This document shows, one piece after another, positions 39,031-48,782 of a DNA stretch of 64,000 nucleotides. Made by a program: the position numbers and the translations under genes. How positions within the stretch are numbered: position 1 is the first letter of the stretch; every line of letters begins with the position of its first letter. Below the pieces are notes generated by a model. The model was given only the letters and a program-made list of their open reading frames with translations. It had not been told where the DNA came from and did no database searches. The stretch is taken from sequence record OR532817.1; one strand, given 5' to 3'.

Positions 39031-40047
39031 TATTATTGTCATAATTTCATTCAAAGATGTAGGTGATACGGTTTCGGTCCACCCATCACCGAATAATTCT
39101 TTTGTTAAGTGTCTTGCTTTTATGGTTCTTTTTATTTCTTTTTCTATGTTAAATGCATCATTACAATTTTCATATACTTTGTGGTATACAACATTCAATT
39201 TGTACTTACATTTATTTTTATATGAACCCATTCTGTGTTTGATATTCTTTGTTATACCGAATTTATAACCAACTATATTATTATAATCATCAGATACTTC
39301 TAAAATGTATATACCTGAACTAAAATCAGAAGATTTATAACCATTTTTGTAACTAACAGAATTACACAAAGGACACCCTTTATCTCGCATAAAATTGTCA
39401 TATGTCATAGACCATGTATAATTGCATTTACAAGTTAAAATGACTTTACTAAAAACACCATTAAAGTTCTTTTCATCTATTAATTCAAATTTAATGCCAG
39501 TTTCTTTGCTTTTAATTTTTAAATTCTCATTTAATTCATTTATACTGTATTTGTGAGTACCTGAACATTTCAAACAACCAATATTATTACTGAAAAATGA
39601 ATCATAAGTGGTAGTATTCCATTCGTATGCTTCAGAATGTTTAGTATTGTCATTGCATTTTAGTTTTAAATATGTTTTTGTTTTATTATATTCATCAAAC
39701 CCGAGGAATTCCAGTGTCCCACCTCGTTTAATGCATTCATTTTCCACATTTTGAATTAAAATTTCAGGTGTTAACTTATTCAATGAAGGCTTTCTGAACT
39801 TTTTTGATTCTATATTTCTCAGATATCTATATAATTTGTTAATTCTGTAATTATTATAAGTTATATTATCATGTGTTATTGAAGTAAGTGTATTATTACC
39901 TAACCATTTTTCTTCAATAATGAATCCATTGAATTTTATATTAAATTTGGATAACCTTTTCGATAAATCGTTGAAATATTCCCATGGAGTTCTGGAATTA
40001 TAGTTAACGTGAACTAAAATAATATCATCTGGTAAAGATATTATCAT
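39016..40047 (-). CDS. Putative free-standing homing endonuclease (Cys/zinc repeats plus C-terminal GIY-YIG-like domain)
   Basis: Repeated xxC...W...YDxF....GCxxC units; C-terminal SGIYIL...YKFGITKN..HR...IEKEIK...FGDGWTET. Confidence 0.65.
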   Translation of the reverse strand: MIISLPDDIILVHVNYNSRTPWEYFNDLSKRLSKFNIKFNGFIIEEKWLGNNTLTSITHDNITYNNYRINKLYRYLRNIESKKFRKPSLNKLTPEILIQNVENECIKRGGTLEFLGFDEYNKTKTYLKLKCNDNTKHSEAYEWNTTTYDSFFSNNIGCLKCSGTHKYSINELNENLKIKSKETGIKFELIDEKNFNGVFSKVILTCKCNYTWSMTYDNFMRDKGCPLCNSVSYKNGYKSSDFSSGIYILEVSDDYNNIVGYKFGITKNIKHRMGSYKNKCKYKLNVVYHKVYENCNDAFNIEKEIKRTIKARHLTKELFGDGWTETVSPTSLNEIMTIIKKGS

Positions 40048-40538
40048 TTTTGATCTCTTTTTATATCATTCATATTCAATTGACCACTTTGTATTAGCTT
40101 TCTGGCTTGTTTGGAACGTTCTTTGATGTTACTACCGGGTACTAACCCCAAATCACTAAGAATTTCGCTCTGTTGGTTTGCTGGAAGTCGTTTGAAGCGA
40201 TTTACATCAACGGTAAGTGCCGTGTGATGTATAACTTGTTCATCTGGTGAAACAGAATCGTGGTATTCCAGATAATCTGCTAAATTTCTCAATACTTCGT
40301 ATAACGGTTTATCTGTTAAATGTTTACAATATCGGTGGAAGCTATTATAAACTTTACCTTCGAACGCATTCACCTCATTTTGTAATACTCCCCTACAACT
40401 CTGTGTATCATAATGTCTGTGATCAAGAACGGGTCTTATTATTTTAATTCCAATAATTGGATCAATGCCATTTTGTTCCTTCAGTTTTCCATTTCTATAT
40501 TTGGCAGCTTCATTGCTATTTTTTAATCTACGTTTCAT
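40044..40538 (-). CDS. gp49: Recombination endonuclease VII (gp49-like Holliday junction resolvase)
   Basis: EQNG...VLDHRH...RGVL..VNAFEG...LRNLADYL aligns with T4 Endo VII; catalytic D-H, N and E are present. Confidence 0.8.
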   Translation of the reverse strand: MKRRLKNSNEAAKYRNGKLKEQNGIDPIIGIKIIRPVLDHRHYDTQSCRGVLQNEVNAFEGKVYNSFHRYCKHLTDKPLYEVLRNLADYLEYHDSVSPDEQVIHHTALTVDVNRFKRLPANQQSEILSDLGLVPGSNIKERSKQARKLIQSGQLNMNDIKRDQK

Positions 40539-40663
40539 GATATAATCTCTTATATTATATATCTAATAAATTTATTTACTTCAATAAATACCTATGTAAA
40601 TAATCTTTCTGTATAATGCATAATTCAATACATAATTTCTTGATACGTTAGATACGGAATAGC

Positions 40664-40702
40664 AAAATAGGTCAGTACTGAAAAGTACTGACCTATTTTT
40701 TT
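40664..40702 (-). terminator. Intrinsic terminator after the frameshifted chaperone extension
   Basis: Perfect 16-bp stem AAAATAGGTCAGTACT-gaaa-AGTACTGACCTATTTT, a few nt beyond the stop at 40709-40711. Confidence 0.8.
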
Positions 40703-40708
40703 CTGATT

Positions 40709-40930
40709 TTATCGCCCCTCATTTTGTTTACGGACTTTCTTGTTGTATGCTTTAACCATCAAGTCTCGTTCAGTTACTGGCATATTAAGTAACATTTCAT
40801 ACGAGGTATTATCAATATATACAGCAGCTTCCATTAATGCTTGTTTAATTTCTTGCTGATTAAACTCTATGTCTCGTATGTATTTTTCTATTTCAGTTGC
40901 CTCTAACTGGAGAAGCTGAGATCGAAAAAA
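40709..40930 (-). CDS. T-frame extension of the tail assembly chaperone, reached by -1 frameshift (missed by the ORF track)
   Basis: 74 codons from the slippery site: FFRSQLLQLEATEIEKYIRDIEFNQQEIKQALMEAAVYIDNTSYEMLLNMPVTERDLMVKAYNKKVRKQNEGR*. Confidence 0.75.
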   Translation of the reverse strand, partial: FFRSQLLQLEATEIEKYIRDIEFNQQEIKQALMEAAVYIDNTSYEMLLNMPVTERDLMVKAYNKKVRKQNEGR

Positions 40931-41763
40931 CGGGTAATATCATACACCAAATCTTCAATAACCCATTCATGATTACATTCACTACATTCAACCTGCATCG
41001 TGTGTTCAACACCAGTATTTTGCATTGTGTTGATTTCATCCTGAATAGTTTTAAGAACGTCTTTTGACTGATCTCCTACCCATTCTGAAATAAATTCTCG
41101 TTCAGTCACTTCATCCCCGTCTGGAGTGATAATTTTAGAGATACTATAAACGATACCGTCGAAGTTAATTTTAGTGATAGGTTCAAAAATATCAGAAATG
41201 AATAGTTTTGCTCGGTCTTCATCACTTAACGACTCATCTAAATCGAGATATTTGGATTTGGACTGAATATTGAACATTCGCTCATTTATATCACATTGTT
41301 CTTTCCATGTAAGTGGTTTAAGTTCAATACTTAATCCATTATTTAAAACTACAGTAGGGATTTCTTTAATATATTTTACTGTATTCAATAGCACATTCAA
41401 ATCACGTTCGATACGACCTTCATGGTCACATTCGGGACATTTTACATTAATATCATAAGTATATTCTTTGGTTGCAACTTTAATTGCAATAAGCAGTTGT
41501 TCGATATCATTGATGTATAATTCATCTGCATTAAGGACGTTCGGGCAGCAATTTTCAATAACTCGTGATACCGCATCCCCGGACATAAGCATATCAGGAG
41601 TATTCAGTACTATTTCATCACGAGCACTGCGAGCACATACCCCAACTTTAATACCTTTATTTCCTAATACGCCATCGGGATATTTAATTACATCATTTGA
41701 AATAAGTTTAGCACTAAGTACTTCAATTTTTGTGTACTTGGCTAGTGGGTTCATTTTACTCAT
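40903..41763 (-). CDS. Baseplate hub / tail assembly chaperone, T4 gp26-like
   Basis: ARDEIVLNTPD; DIEQLLIAIKVAT; two CxxC motifs (CPEC, CSEC); GGAG RBS favours the start at 41763; TATAAATA at 41806-41813 (minus strand). Confidence 0.75.
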   Translation of the reverse strand: MSKMNPLAKYTKIEVLSAKLISNDVIKYPDGVLGNKGIKVGVCARSARDEIVLNTPDMLMSGDAVSRVIENCCPNVLNADELYINDIEQLLIAIKVATKEYTYDINVKCPECDHEGRIERDLNVLLNTVKYIKEIPTVVLNNGLSIELKPLTWKEQCDINERMFNIQSKSKYLDLDESLSDEDRAKLFISDIFEPITKINFDGIVYSISKIITPDGDEVTEREFISEWVGDQSKDVLKTIQDEINTMQNTGVEHTMQVECSECNHEWVIEDLVYDITRFFDLSFSS

Positions 41764-41833
41764 AAAGACTCCAATCAATGAACAAAATAAATAATCTATA
41801 TGACATATTTATAAATGTTTAAAAGGATAAAAA

Positions 41834-43996
41834 ATGGCTGGTACAAGTACGGATTATCTATTACAACAATTGTTAACCAGTAATGAAAAAGCTAATGATA
41901 ATTTATCTGCGATGAGAGATTTATTATCAGAAAATTTGAAAAAAAACGGTTCAAATAATAACAATAATAATAATCCAGGAAACGGAAATAATAGAAGAAA
42001 GAAAGAAAAGATATCATTAAATGATGCTTTAAAAAATATATCCAGAGATGTTAGTGGATTTAGTAGAACTCTCATTAACGGTAGTGCGGATGTTGGAACT
42101 GTTACGAATTCGCTTGGTACCGGAATGAGTAGTGTAATCGGTACATTAGGAAAGGCTGTTCCAGCTATTAGTGGTGTAACTACTGCATTCCAGTTACTAA
42201 TTGAAGCAGGACTATCTGTTTATAATTATCTAAATCAACAACTGGAAATGTATAATAAAATTAATTCCAGTGGTGTTAGTTTATCAAATGGTATGAACTC
42301 TATTCGTACTGGTAGTGCTAATGCGTTAATGAGTATGGACAAATTCGGTAATTCCGTAGTAAAACATGCTGGTGTTATTGCACAATTAAATGGTATATAC
42401 GGTGATGGTGTTAAGGAATATGGTGATTTGCTTGGAACATTACAATTAGCACAGGATAAAATAGGTATATATGGTGTATCACAGGAACAAATGGCAGACT
42501 TAACCGCGAGGAATATTAAATTCCAGAAACAATTTGGTGGTGCAGAATTAATTAGACAAACTAACCAGGAAAAAAGCACACAAGAATTTATTAAAAATAT
42601 GACATCTTTTAGTAAATCAATGGGTGAATCAGTTGATGCAATTTTAAAGAAAACTCAGGATTTTGATAATTCACTTGATGCTCGTGGTTTAGAAGCTGCA
42701 TTGGAAAACTGGGCTGGATTAAGTAATAAAGCTGCTACATTAACTACTGATGCATTTATTCAAGCCGCTGCTGGTATGGGCGATGCAGGAAAATCTTTTT
42801 TTAAAATAATTTCATCACAAGCTGTCACTGGTGCATTACCCACTGAATATATGACTGGTGTTATTGCAGAATTTGCCGAAGAAAACAAAAAAATGTTTAT
42901 GGGTGGTATTACTGATGCAAAGGAAATACGCTCAGCTAACATCAAATGGGTTAGAATGCATAAAGATCAGATTAAGCGTGACATGATGAACCAGATACAA
43001 CTTGGAAACATCGAAGCTGCTAACTTCAACCGAAATCTTCTTGATCTGGAAGCGTCTGCAAATGATCCAAAAAATGGACCAAAACAACGTTTAGAGGAAT
43101 TAACTAATAGATTTAATAATTGGATTAGTAATACATTTATAAAGCCATTTAATCTTTTAATGGATGCTGGGGTTACATGGTTATTAGATATTTCAGATCA
43201 AACAACATCATTTAACCAATTTATATCTACTGTATTCAGTCAGGGAATCGACAAAATAATGAGTATGGTAACTAACTTTTTTAAGAACTTTCCAGTACTT
43301 AGTGATATAGGAAAAACTTTATTCGGTGATTCTTATAATACATTGGTTGATAATGTTGGTGGTTTTATTGGTAATTTAGTAAAAATACCTATACAACTGA
43401 TATCAGTTGTAACAGATATATGGAATGGTAATTTAGCTGGTGCAAGGGAAACTGTACAAAATGCAATTGCTTCATTTAAACAGAATTTCTTGGGTATGTG
43501 GGAAGGTATAAAAGATATCAAATTCAGTTTCAGTGACGTTAAAGACCGCTTGGTTAATATTGTAGAAACACTAAAAAATAAATTAATTAATGCATTTGAC
43601 ATTCTTAAATATGTTTTCGGTGTCAGTGATGAAATGCCAAAAACTGAAAATACAAAAACACCAAGTGCTGAAAAACCAAAAAATGAAAACATAAATACAC
43701 CCAGTAACAGTAAACCGACTGTTAATGATAATAACAGAAAACAACCACAAGTTGATCAAAATGCTTCTAATTATACCCCACCAACTCGTGTGGATGAAGC
43801 TCAAGATAATTACAAAAAATCTCCTGATGATGAAAAAGTTGATAATAATTTACAACCAGTAAATTACGATGAATCAATGGTTGAATTATTAGGACGTGTA
43901 ACATCTGCGTTAGAAAAAGCTAACGAATACAATGTACAGAATTCAAATTATCTTAGAACTATATCTGATAATACTCAAATACAACGTAATAGTTAA
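41834..43996 (+). CDS. Tape measure protein (gp29-like, 720 aa)
   Basis: Ala/Gly/Gln-rich, helical-looking with periodic W/F; head-to-head with the gp26-like gene; TAAATA at 41788-41793. Confidence 0.65.
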   Translation: MAGTSTDYLLQQLLTSNEKANDNLSAMRDLLSENLKKNGSNNNNNNNPGNGNNRRKKEKISLNDALKNISRDVSGFSRTLINGSADVGTVTNSLGTGMSSVIGTLGKAVPAISGVTTAFQLLIEAGLSVYNYLNQQLEMYNKINSSGVSLSNGMNSIRTGSANALMSMDKFGNSVVKHAGVIAQLNGIYGDGVKEYGDLLGTLQLAQDKIGIYGVSQEQMADLTARNIKFQKQFGGAELIRQTNQEKSTQEFIKNMTSFSKSMGESVDAILKKTQDFDNSLDARGLEAALENWAGLSNKAATLTTDAFIQAAAGMGDAGKSFFKIISSQAVTGALPTEYMTGVIAEFAEENKKMFMGGITDAKEIRSANIKWVRMHKDQIKRDMMNQIQLGNIEAANFNRNLLDLEASANDPKNGPKQRLEELTNRFNNWISNTFIKPFNLLMDAGVTWLLDISDQTTSFNQFISTVFSQGIDKIMSMVTNFFKNFPVLSDIGKTLFGDSYNTLVDNVGGFIGNLVKIPIQLISVVTDIWNGNLAGARETVQNAIASFKQNFLGMWEGIKDIKFSFSDVKDRLVNIVETLKNKLINAFDILKYVFGVSDEMPKTENTKTPSAEKPKNENINTPSNSKPTVNDNNRKQPQVDQNASNYTPPTRVDEAQDNYKKSPDDEKVDNNLQPVNYDESMVELLGRVTSALEKANEYNVQNSNYLRTISDNTQIQRNS

Positions 43997-44008
43997 GGAA
44001 GTTAATAA

Positions 44009-45742
44009 ATGTCATGGAAACGTCACATGAGTACTGCTCGACCACGAGTATCAGTACAAAAAAATACAAGTTCAGATAAAGCGGCAGGAAGCAAGTCAAA
44101 TTTTGCTTCTTATCTTCCACAAGTATATCAAGGATTACCAAATCGAACTGATCGATATCGACAATATGAAGAAATGGATCAAGATCCTGAAATCAGAACT
44201 GCATTGAATATCATTGCTGATTTCTGTACTCAGAGTGATGTTGATTTTGGATTACCTTACAAAATTAAGTACAAAGATAATATCGGTGATACTGAAGTTA
44301 CTACAATCGAAGACCGCCTGGATGCATGGACTGACCAGAATGATTTTAAAATCAGAATGTATGAAATTGTACGCGGTTTGTTGAAATATGGTGATCAATT
44401 TTTTATTCGTGATCCAGAAACTTATGATTGGTACTGGGTTGATCCTAGTAATGTTGAACAGGTATTTGTAAACCAAGCAACAGGTAAAAACCCTGTAGTT
44501 TATTATATCAGGGATGTATCTTTGAATCTAAAAGATAAAGTACTTAGTAATGTACATATTGGATTTAACCAAAGTGCTTATACTGGTGCTGCACCTAATT
44601 TACTTGGTTCTAATTCATCCTCTGCATCAGTTGGTGGATTGGCTGGTATTACAAGTTCTGGCTCTTCTGGTTCATCAGATCCATTTAATACAAGTGGTAG
44701 AATGGATGTATTACCAGTTGCTGCTGAACACGTCATTCATTTTAGTCTAAACACAGGACAAGATGGTGTGTGGCCATTTGGTACCAGTATTCTGGAAAAT
44801 GTTTTTAAAACATATAAGCAAAAATCACTTCTTGAAGACAGTATTATTATATATCGAGTACAACGTGCACCCGAACGCAGGGTATTTCGTATTGATGTAG
44901 GTGATATGCAAACTCATCAGGCAATGGCTTATGTTGAACGTTTTAAAAATGAAATTCATCAACGAAGAATCCCTTCAAATAAAGGAGGAAGTACTTCAAT
45001 GATGGATGCAGCATATAACCCATTAAGTATTTTAGAAGATTACTACTTCCCACAAACTGCTGATGGTCGTGGTTCATCCGTTGATACATTACCAGGTGGC
45101 GACAATCTTGGGCAGATTGATGATTTGAGATACTTTAATAATAAACTTATTAGGGGATTACAAATTCCTTCATCATATCTACCACAAGGTCCAGATGATG
45201 GAGGTGTTTCATTATTTGGTGATGGTGCAACTCAGGCAATGGCAAGTGAAATTCGTTTTAATAATGAATGTATGCGTTATCAACGTCTGGTAGCAAAAGT
45301 ATTCGATGCTGAATTTAAACGATTTATGCTACATAACGGTTATAACATAAGTACTGCATCATTTGAGGTAGTATTGAATGCTCCAATTAACCTTGCAACT
45401 TATCGTAGAGCGGAATTGGATGCTAAATTGATTACTACTTACTTACCTCTTAATGATTTACCATATATGGCAAAACAAACCATTCTACAAAAAATGGGCT
45501 TTGAACAGAAAGATATTGTACAGAATGAAGAATTACTTCGTCAGGAACTTGGTATGGATATTAACACCGCTAATAGTACTGAACAAGCATCACTTCAATC
45601 AGTCGGTATTGAAGCACCAAATAATTCTGAACAAGATCTCGGTGTAGATGAAAATGGTGAGCTAGAAAGTGCAGATAAAGAATATCAGGATTCACAAGAA
45701 ACATCAAATTTTAACCCAAATGGTTTAGGTGATTCTTTTTAA
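44009..45742 (+). CDS. gp20: Portal protein
   Basis: YRQYEEMDQDPEI; IYRVQRAPERRVFRIDVGDM; EDYYFPQTADGRGSSVDTLPGGDNLGQIDDLRYFNNKL. Confidence 0.93.
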   Translation: MSWKRHMSTARPRVSVQKNTSSDKAAGSKSNFASYLPQVYQGLPNRTDRYRQYEEMDQDPEIRTALNIIADFCTQSDVDFGLPYKIKYKDNIGDTEVTTIEDRLDAWTDQNDFKIRMYEIVRGLLKYGDQFFIRDPETYDWYWVDPSNVEQVFVNQATGKNPVVYYIRDVSLNLKDKVLSNVHIGFNQSAYTGAAPNLLGSNSSSASVGGLAGITSSGSSGSSDPFNTSGRMDVLPVAAEHVIHFSLNTGQDGVWPFGTSILENVFKTYKQKSLLEDSIIIYRVQRAPERRVFRIDVGDMQTHQAMAYVERFKNEIHQRRIPSNKGGSTSMMDAAYNPLSILEDYYFPQTADGRGSSVDTLPGGDNLGQIDDLRYFNNKLIRGLQIPSSYLPQGPDDGGVSLFGDGATQAMASEIRFNNECMRYQRLVAKVFDAEFKRFMLHNGYNISTASFEVVLNAPINLATYRRAELDAKLITTYLPLNDLPYMAKQTILQKMGFEQKDIVQNEELLRQELGMDINTANSTEQASLQSVGIEAPNNSEQDLGVDENGELESADKEYQDSQETSNFNPNGLGDSF

Positions 45743-45775
45743 AAATAAATAAAAGAGTACAAAAGGAATACTATC

Positions 45776-46006
45776 ATGCTTTTTAAAGATATTTTTGAGA
45801 GTACCAATGATTCAATGTACGATCCAGAAGACGATAAAAGTGTATATAAAATTACAGATACTCGCAAACCAAAATTAACTTTGCAGGCTCTGAATAATCT
45901 ACGCAAGTACAGAGAATTTAAAGCTAAAGAAGACCAAAACCGAGATGCAAATGTAGCTGCTCTGTATAAATCTTCTCATGCTGCACCGAATAACGGTGAA
46001 ATGTAA
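45776..46006 (+). CDS. Small hypothetical protein in the head module
   Basis: 76 aa between portal and core genes; TAAATA at 45746-45751. Confidence 0.55.
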   Translation: MLFKDIFESTNDSMYDPEDDKSVYKITDTRKPKLTLQALNNLRKYREFKAKEDQNRDANVAALYKSSHAAPNNGEM

Positions 46007-46102
46007 TATATAAAAATGGCATTTTTTAAGCTCTTTTAATAATGCCATTTTTCATTAAACTAAATACTACATATTAATGATTAAAATCATTAGGAGAATA
46101 TA

Positions 46103-46885
46103 ATGGCTAATCTAAAACTACTACAAGAAGCGATTCAGGCTTTTGCAAATGGCGAGCAAGAAGTCGCGGATACTAAAATGCGTCAATATTTCATTGAAGC
46201 TGCAAGTGATATTAATAAAAAACTTGAAGAAGAAATGGAAGACGAAACTGACGAAACTGACGATGAAGTAATGGAAGACTTCTCTATGTCTCCATCTCAA
46301 GATCTGAATACCGATGTACAATACCCAATGGAAGAAGCTGAAGAAGAACCAACTGACGTTGAAGTTGATTTCCAAGCTGATGATGAAGGTGCAGATGATT
46401 CTGCTGAAGCAGAACTACCAAGTGCTGATCAATGGGCTGATATCCAGGATGCATATCGCGGTCTACAGAAAATGTTTGATGAAATCGCTGGTTCCGACGA
46501 AGTTGAACTAGGTGACGAAGAAGAACCTACTGAAGACGGTTTCGAAGATGTTTCTTTTGGTGACGAAAAAGTTGGTGAATCTTATAAAATGAAAGATGCT
46601 CCAAGTGTAGATAAAACTGAAAAACCAGGAGTTAACAAAAAGTCTCCAATTGCTTCTACTGCTAAGTCTCCAGTACAAGGTGTTGAACCAATTAAAACTG
46701 GTAAAAACACCACTCCAGTAGTTGACGATACTTTTGACGGTTCTGATGCTGAATCTTTCACTATCCCACGTGATAATGACAATGTTCTTAATAAAGCAAC
46801 TGATGCAATGAAAGATGCTAAGCAACCAAAAAATACCGCTACTAAAGCTAGTTCAGTACTACCTAAAAAAGCACCTAAACTATAA
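46103..46885 (+). CDS. Highly acidic prohead core protein
   Basis: D/E-rich N-terminal half; positioned between portal and protease as T4 core genes are; TAAATA at 46061-46066. Confidence 0.55.
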   Translation: MANLKLLQEAIQAFANGEQEVADTKMRQYFIEAASDINKKLEEEMEDETDETDDEVMEDFSMSPSQDLNTDVQYPMEEAEEEPTDVEVDFQADDEGADDSAEAELPSADQWADIQDAYRGLQKMFDEIAGSDEVELGDEEEPTEDGFEDVSFGDEKVGESYKMKDAPSVDKTEKPGVNKKSPIASTAKSPVQGVEPIKTGKNTTPVVDDTFDGSDAESFTIPRDNDNVLNKATDAMKDAKQPKNTATKASSVLPKKAPKL

Positions 46886-46909
46886 TCATAAAAGGGAGAT
46901 CATTTAAAT

Positions 46910-47530
46910 ATGAGTATGCTACGTGAATGGTCTTCATTCGAGGATTCTAAAGTACTAACTGAATACAGAGATAATGGTGTAGGTGGTAAAGATTGTTATC
47001 TGCGTGGAATTGCTATTCAGGCAGATAAAAGAAATCACAACGAACGTGTATATCCACTGAACGAAATTACTAAAGCAGTCCAAAACATGCAACAGCGTAT
47101 TGCCAGTACTGGTGGTATTGCTGTTGAATGTGATCACCCAGAATCATTGAACATTAATATGGATCGTGTTGCTGGTATGATTACTAAAGTGTGGATGGAA
47201 GGTTCTAATGGTATGGCTGAAATTAAACTATTCAATACTGATCATGGAAAAAATATTCGTGCGATGATTGAAGGTGGTCTTCGTCCTGGTGTTAGTTCAC
47301 GTGGCTCTGGTAATGTTGATTATAATGGTGTTGTTAGTGATTTCGAAATTGTTACTATTGATATTGTAGCTCAACCTAGTGCTCCTGATGCTTATCCAAT
47401 GGCAGTATTTGAGTCTCTTAATAATAAGTATGGATATGGACAAACACAGAAACCTGTTAATGAATCAAAGTCAGTTTCTAAAAATATGGATTCTGAAATC
47501 TATGATTTTTTCAAGAAATTAAAAGGTTAA
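46910..47530 (+). CDS. gp21: Prohead protease
   Basis: QADKRNHNERVYP; ECDHP; GVSSRGSG; TIDIVAQPSAPDAY. Confidence 0.92.
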   Translation: MSMLREWSSFEDSKVLTEYRDNGVGGKDCYLRGIAIQADKRNHNERVYPLNEITKAVQNMQQRIASTGGIAVECDHPESLNINMDRVAGMITKVWMEGSNGMAEIKLFNTDHGKNIRAMIEGGLRPGVSSRGSGNVDYNGVVSDFEIVTIDIVAQPSAPDAYPMAVFESLNNKYGYGQTQKPVNESKSVSKNMDSEIYDFFKKLKG

Positions 47531-47574
47531 TATTTTTATAAACATAAATATTTGTATATTAAAGGAGATGTAAA

Positions 47575-48687
47575 ATGACTAAATTGGAAAAGCTTCTAAA
47601 AGAATCATCCCTTTCTGATGAAGCAAAACAACTCATCCAGGAAGCATGGAATGAAGAAAAAAATAATCTAGCCGCAGAAATGCGTCAGGAAATGAAAGAA
47701 CGTTATAAACAAGATCTTGCTGAACTAACTGAAGGTCTTGATCAGATGATGAGTACTGTTATCGCTGAAGAAATGAATGCGGTATATGATGAAAAACGCA
47801 AACTCGTTGAAGATCGCGTAACTCTTCGTAAAACTCTGAGTAATTTCTCTGGTTTTGCTAATTCAGTACTAGCTGAAGAAGTGAAACAAATGCGTAATGA
47901 ACGTAAACTTATTAAAGAAAGTATGAATAAATTCGTCAATTTCTCTAATAACATTCTTGCAGAAGAACTTAAAGAATTCCACGTTGAAAAACGTCAACTG
48001 GTAGAAAGTCGTGTTAAATTGCTTGCTGAAGGTTCTAAAAAAATCAATGAAGCTCGTGATAATTTTATTAAACGTACTTCCGAAAGTGCTGCAAAATATA
48101 TTACGGAAACTACACAGAAACATCTTAGTGCACTAAAACAGGATATCGCTGAAGCTAAGCAAAATACTTTCGGGCGTAAACTATATGAAGCATTTTCTAA
48201 TGAATTTTATTCACAACAATTCAATGAAAATGTCCTACTACGTTCACTGAATGAATCTCTGAAAACTAAAGAAGATGAAATTGTTCAAGTTAAACAAGCT
48301 CTTTCAGAAAGTACTAAAGCAGTTAAAGAAGTTCAACATAAACTTCGTGTTATGGAAGATACTCAAGCACGAAATGCAATTATCTCTGAACTAACTAAAC
48401 CACTTAATGTACAACAAAAGCAAATTATGGAATCACTTCTGGCTACTTCTCCAACTGAAAAGCTAAAAGACGATTTCAATAAGTACCACAAGTCAGTACT
48501 AAATGGTACTAAAGTAACAGAATCTGTAAAAGACGTTCAACCTAAAAAGAAAACTCTTTCAGAAGGTTCAGTTGTTACCGGCAATCGCCAACAAGCAAAA
48601 GTTATCGTTGAAAATTCAGAAATTGATGAAGACGATATGAAGTACCTCGAAGAACTATCTATTCTAAGTGGTATTATTAAAAAGTAA
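47575..48687 (+). CDS. gp22: Prohead scaffold (core) protein
   Basis: Coiled-coil E/K-rich protein between protease and major capsid genes; TAAATA at 47545-47550. Confidence 0.8.
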   Translation: MTKLEKLLKESSLSDEAKQLIQEAWNEEKNNLAAEMRQEMKERYKQDLAELTEGLDQMMSTVIAEEMNAVYDEKRKLVEDRVTLRKTLSNFSGFANSVLAEEVKQMRNERKLIKESMNKFVNFSNNILAEELKEFHVEKRQLVESRVKLLAEGSKKINEARDNFIKRTSESAAKYITETTQKHLSALKQDIAEAKQNTFGRKLYEAFSNEFYSQQFNENVLLRSLNESLKTKEDEIVQVKQALSESTKAVKEVQHKLRVMEDTQARNAIISELTKPLNVQQKQIMESLLATSPTEKLKDDFNKYHKSVLNGTKVTESVKDVQPKKKTLSEGSVVTGNRQQAKVIVENSEIDEDDMKYLEELSILSGIIKK

Positions 48688-48782
48688 TATTTTTAACGCA
48701 TATTTTAACCACCTTTTTCAGTACTGATAAATAACTTTATATTGAAAAAGATTTTAATAAAATTATCTAAAGGAGACTTTAA

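Noticed and set aside
41955-41995. AAT trinucleotide run in the tape measure gene
   Set aside because: Simple poly-Asn low-complexity linker.
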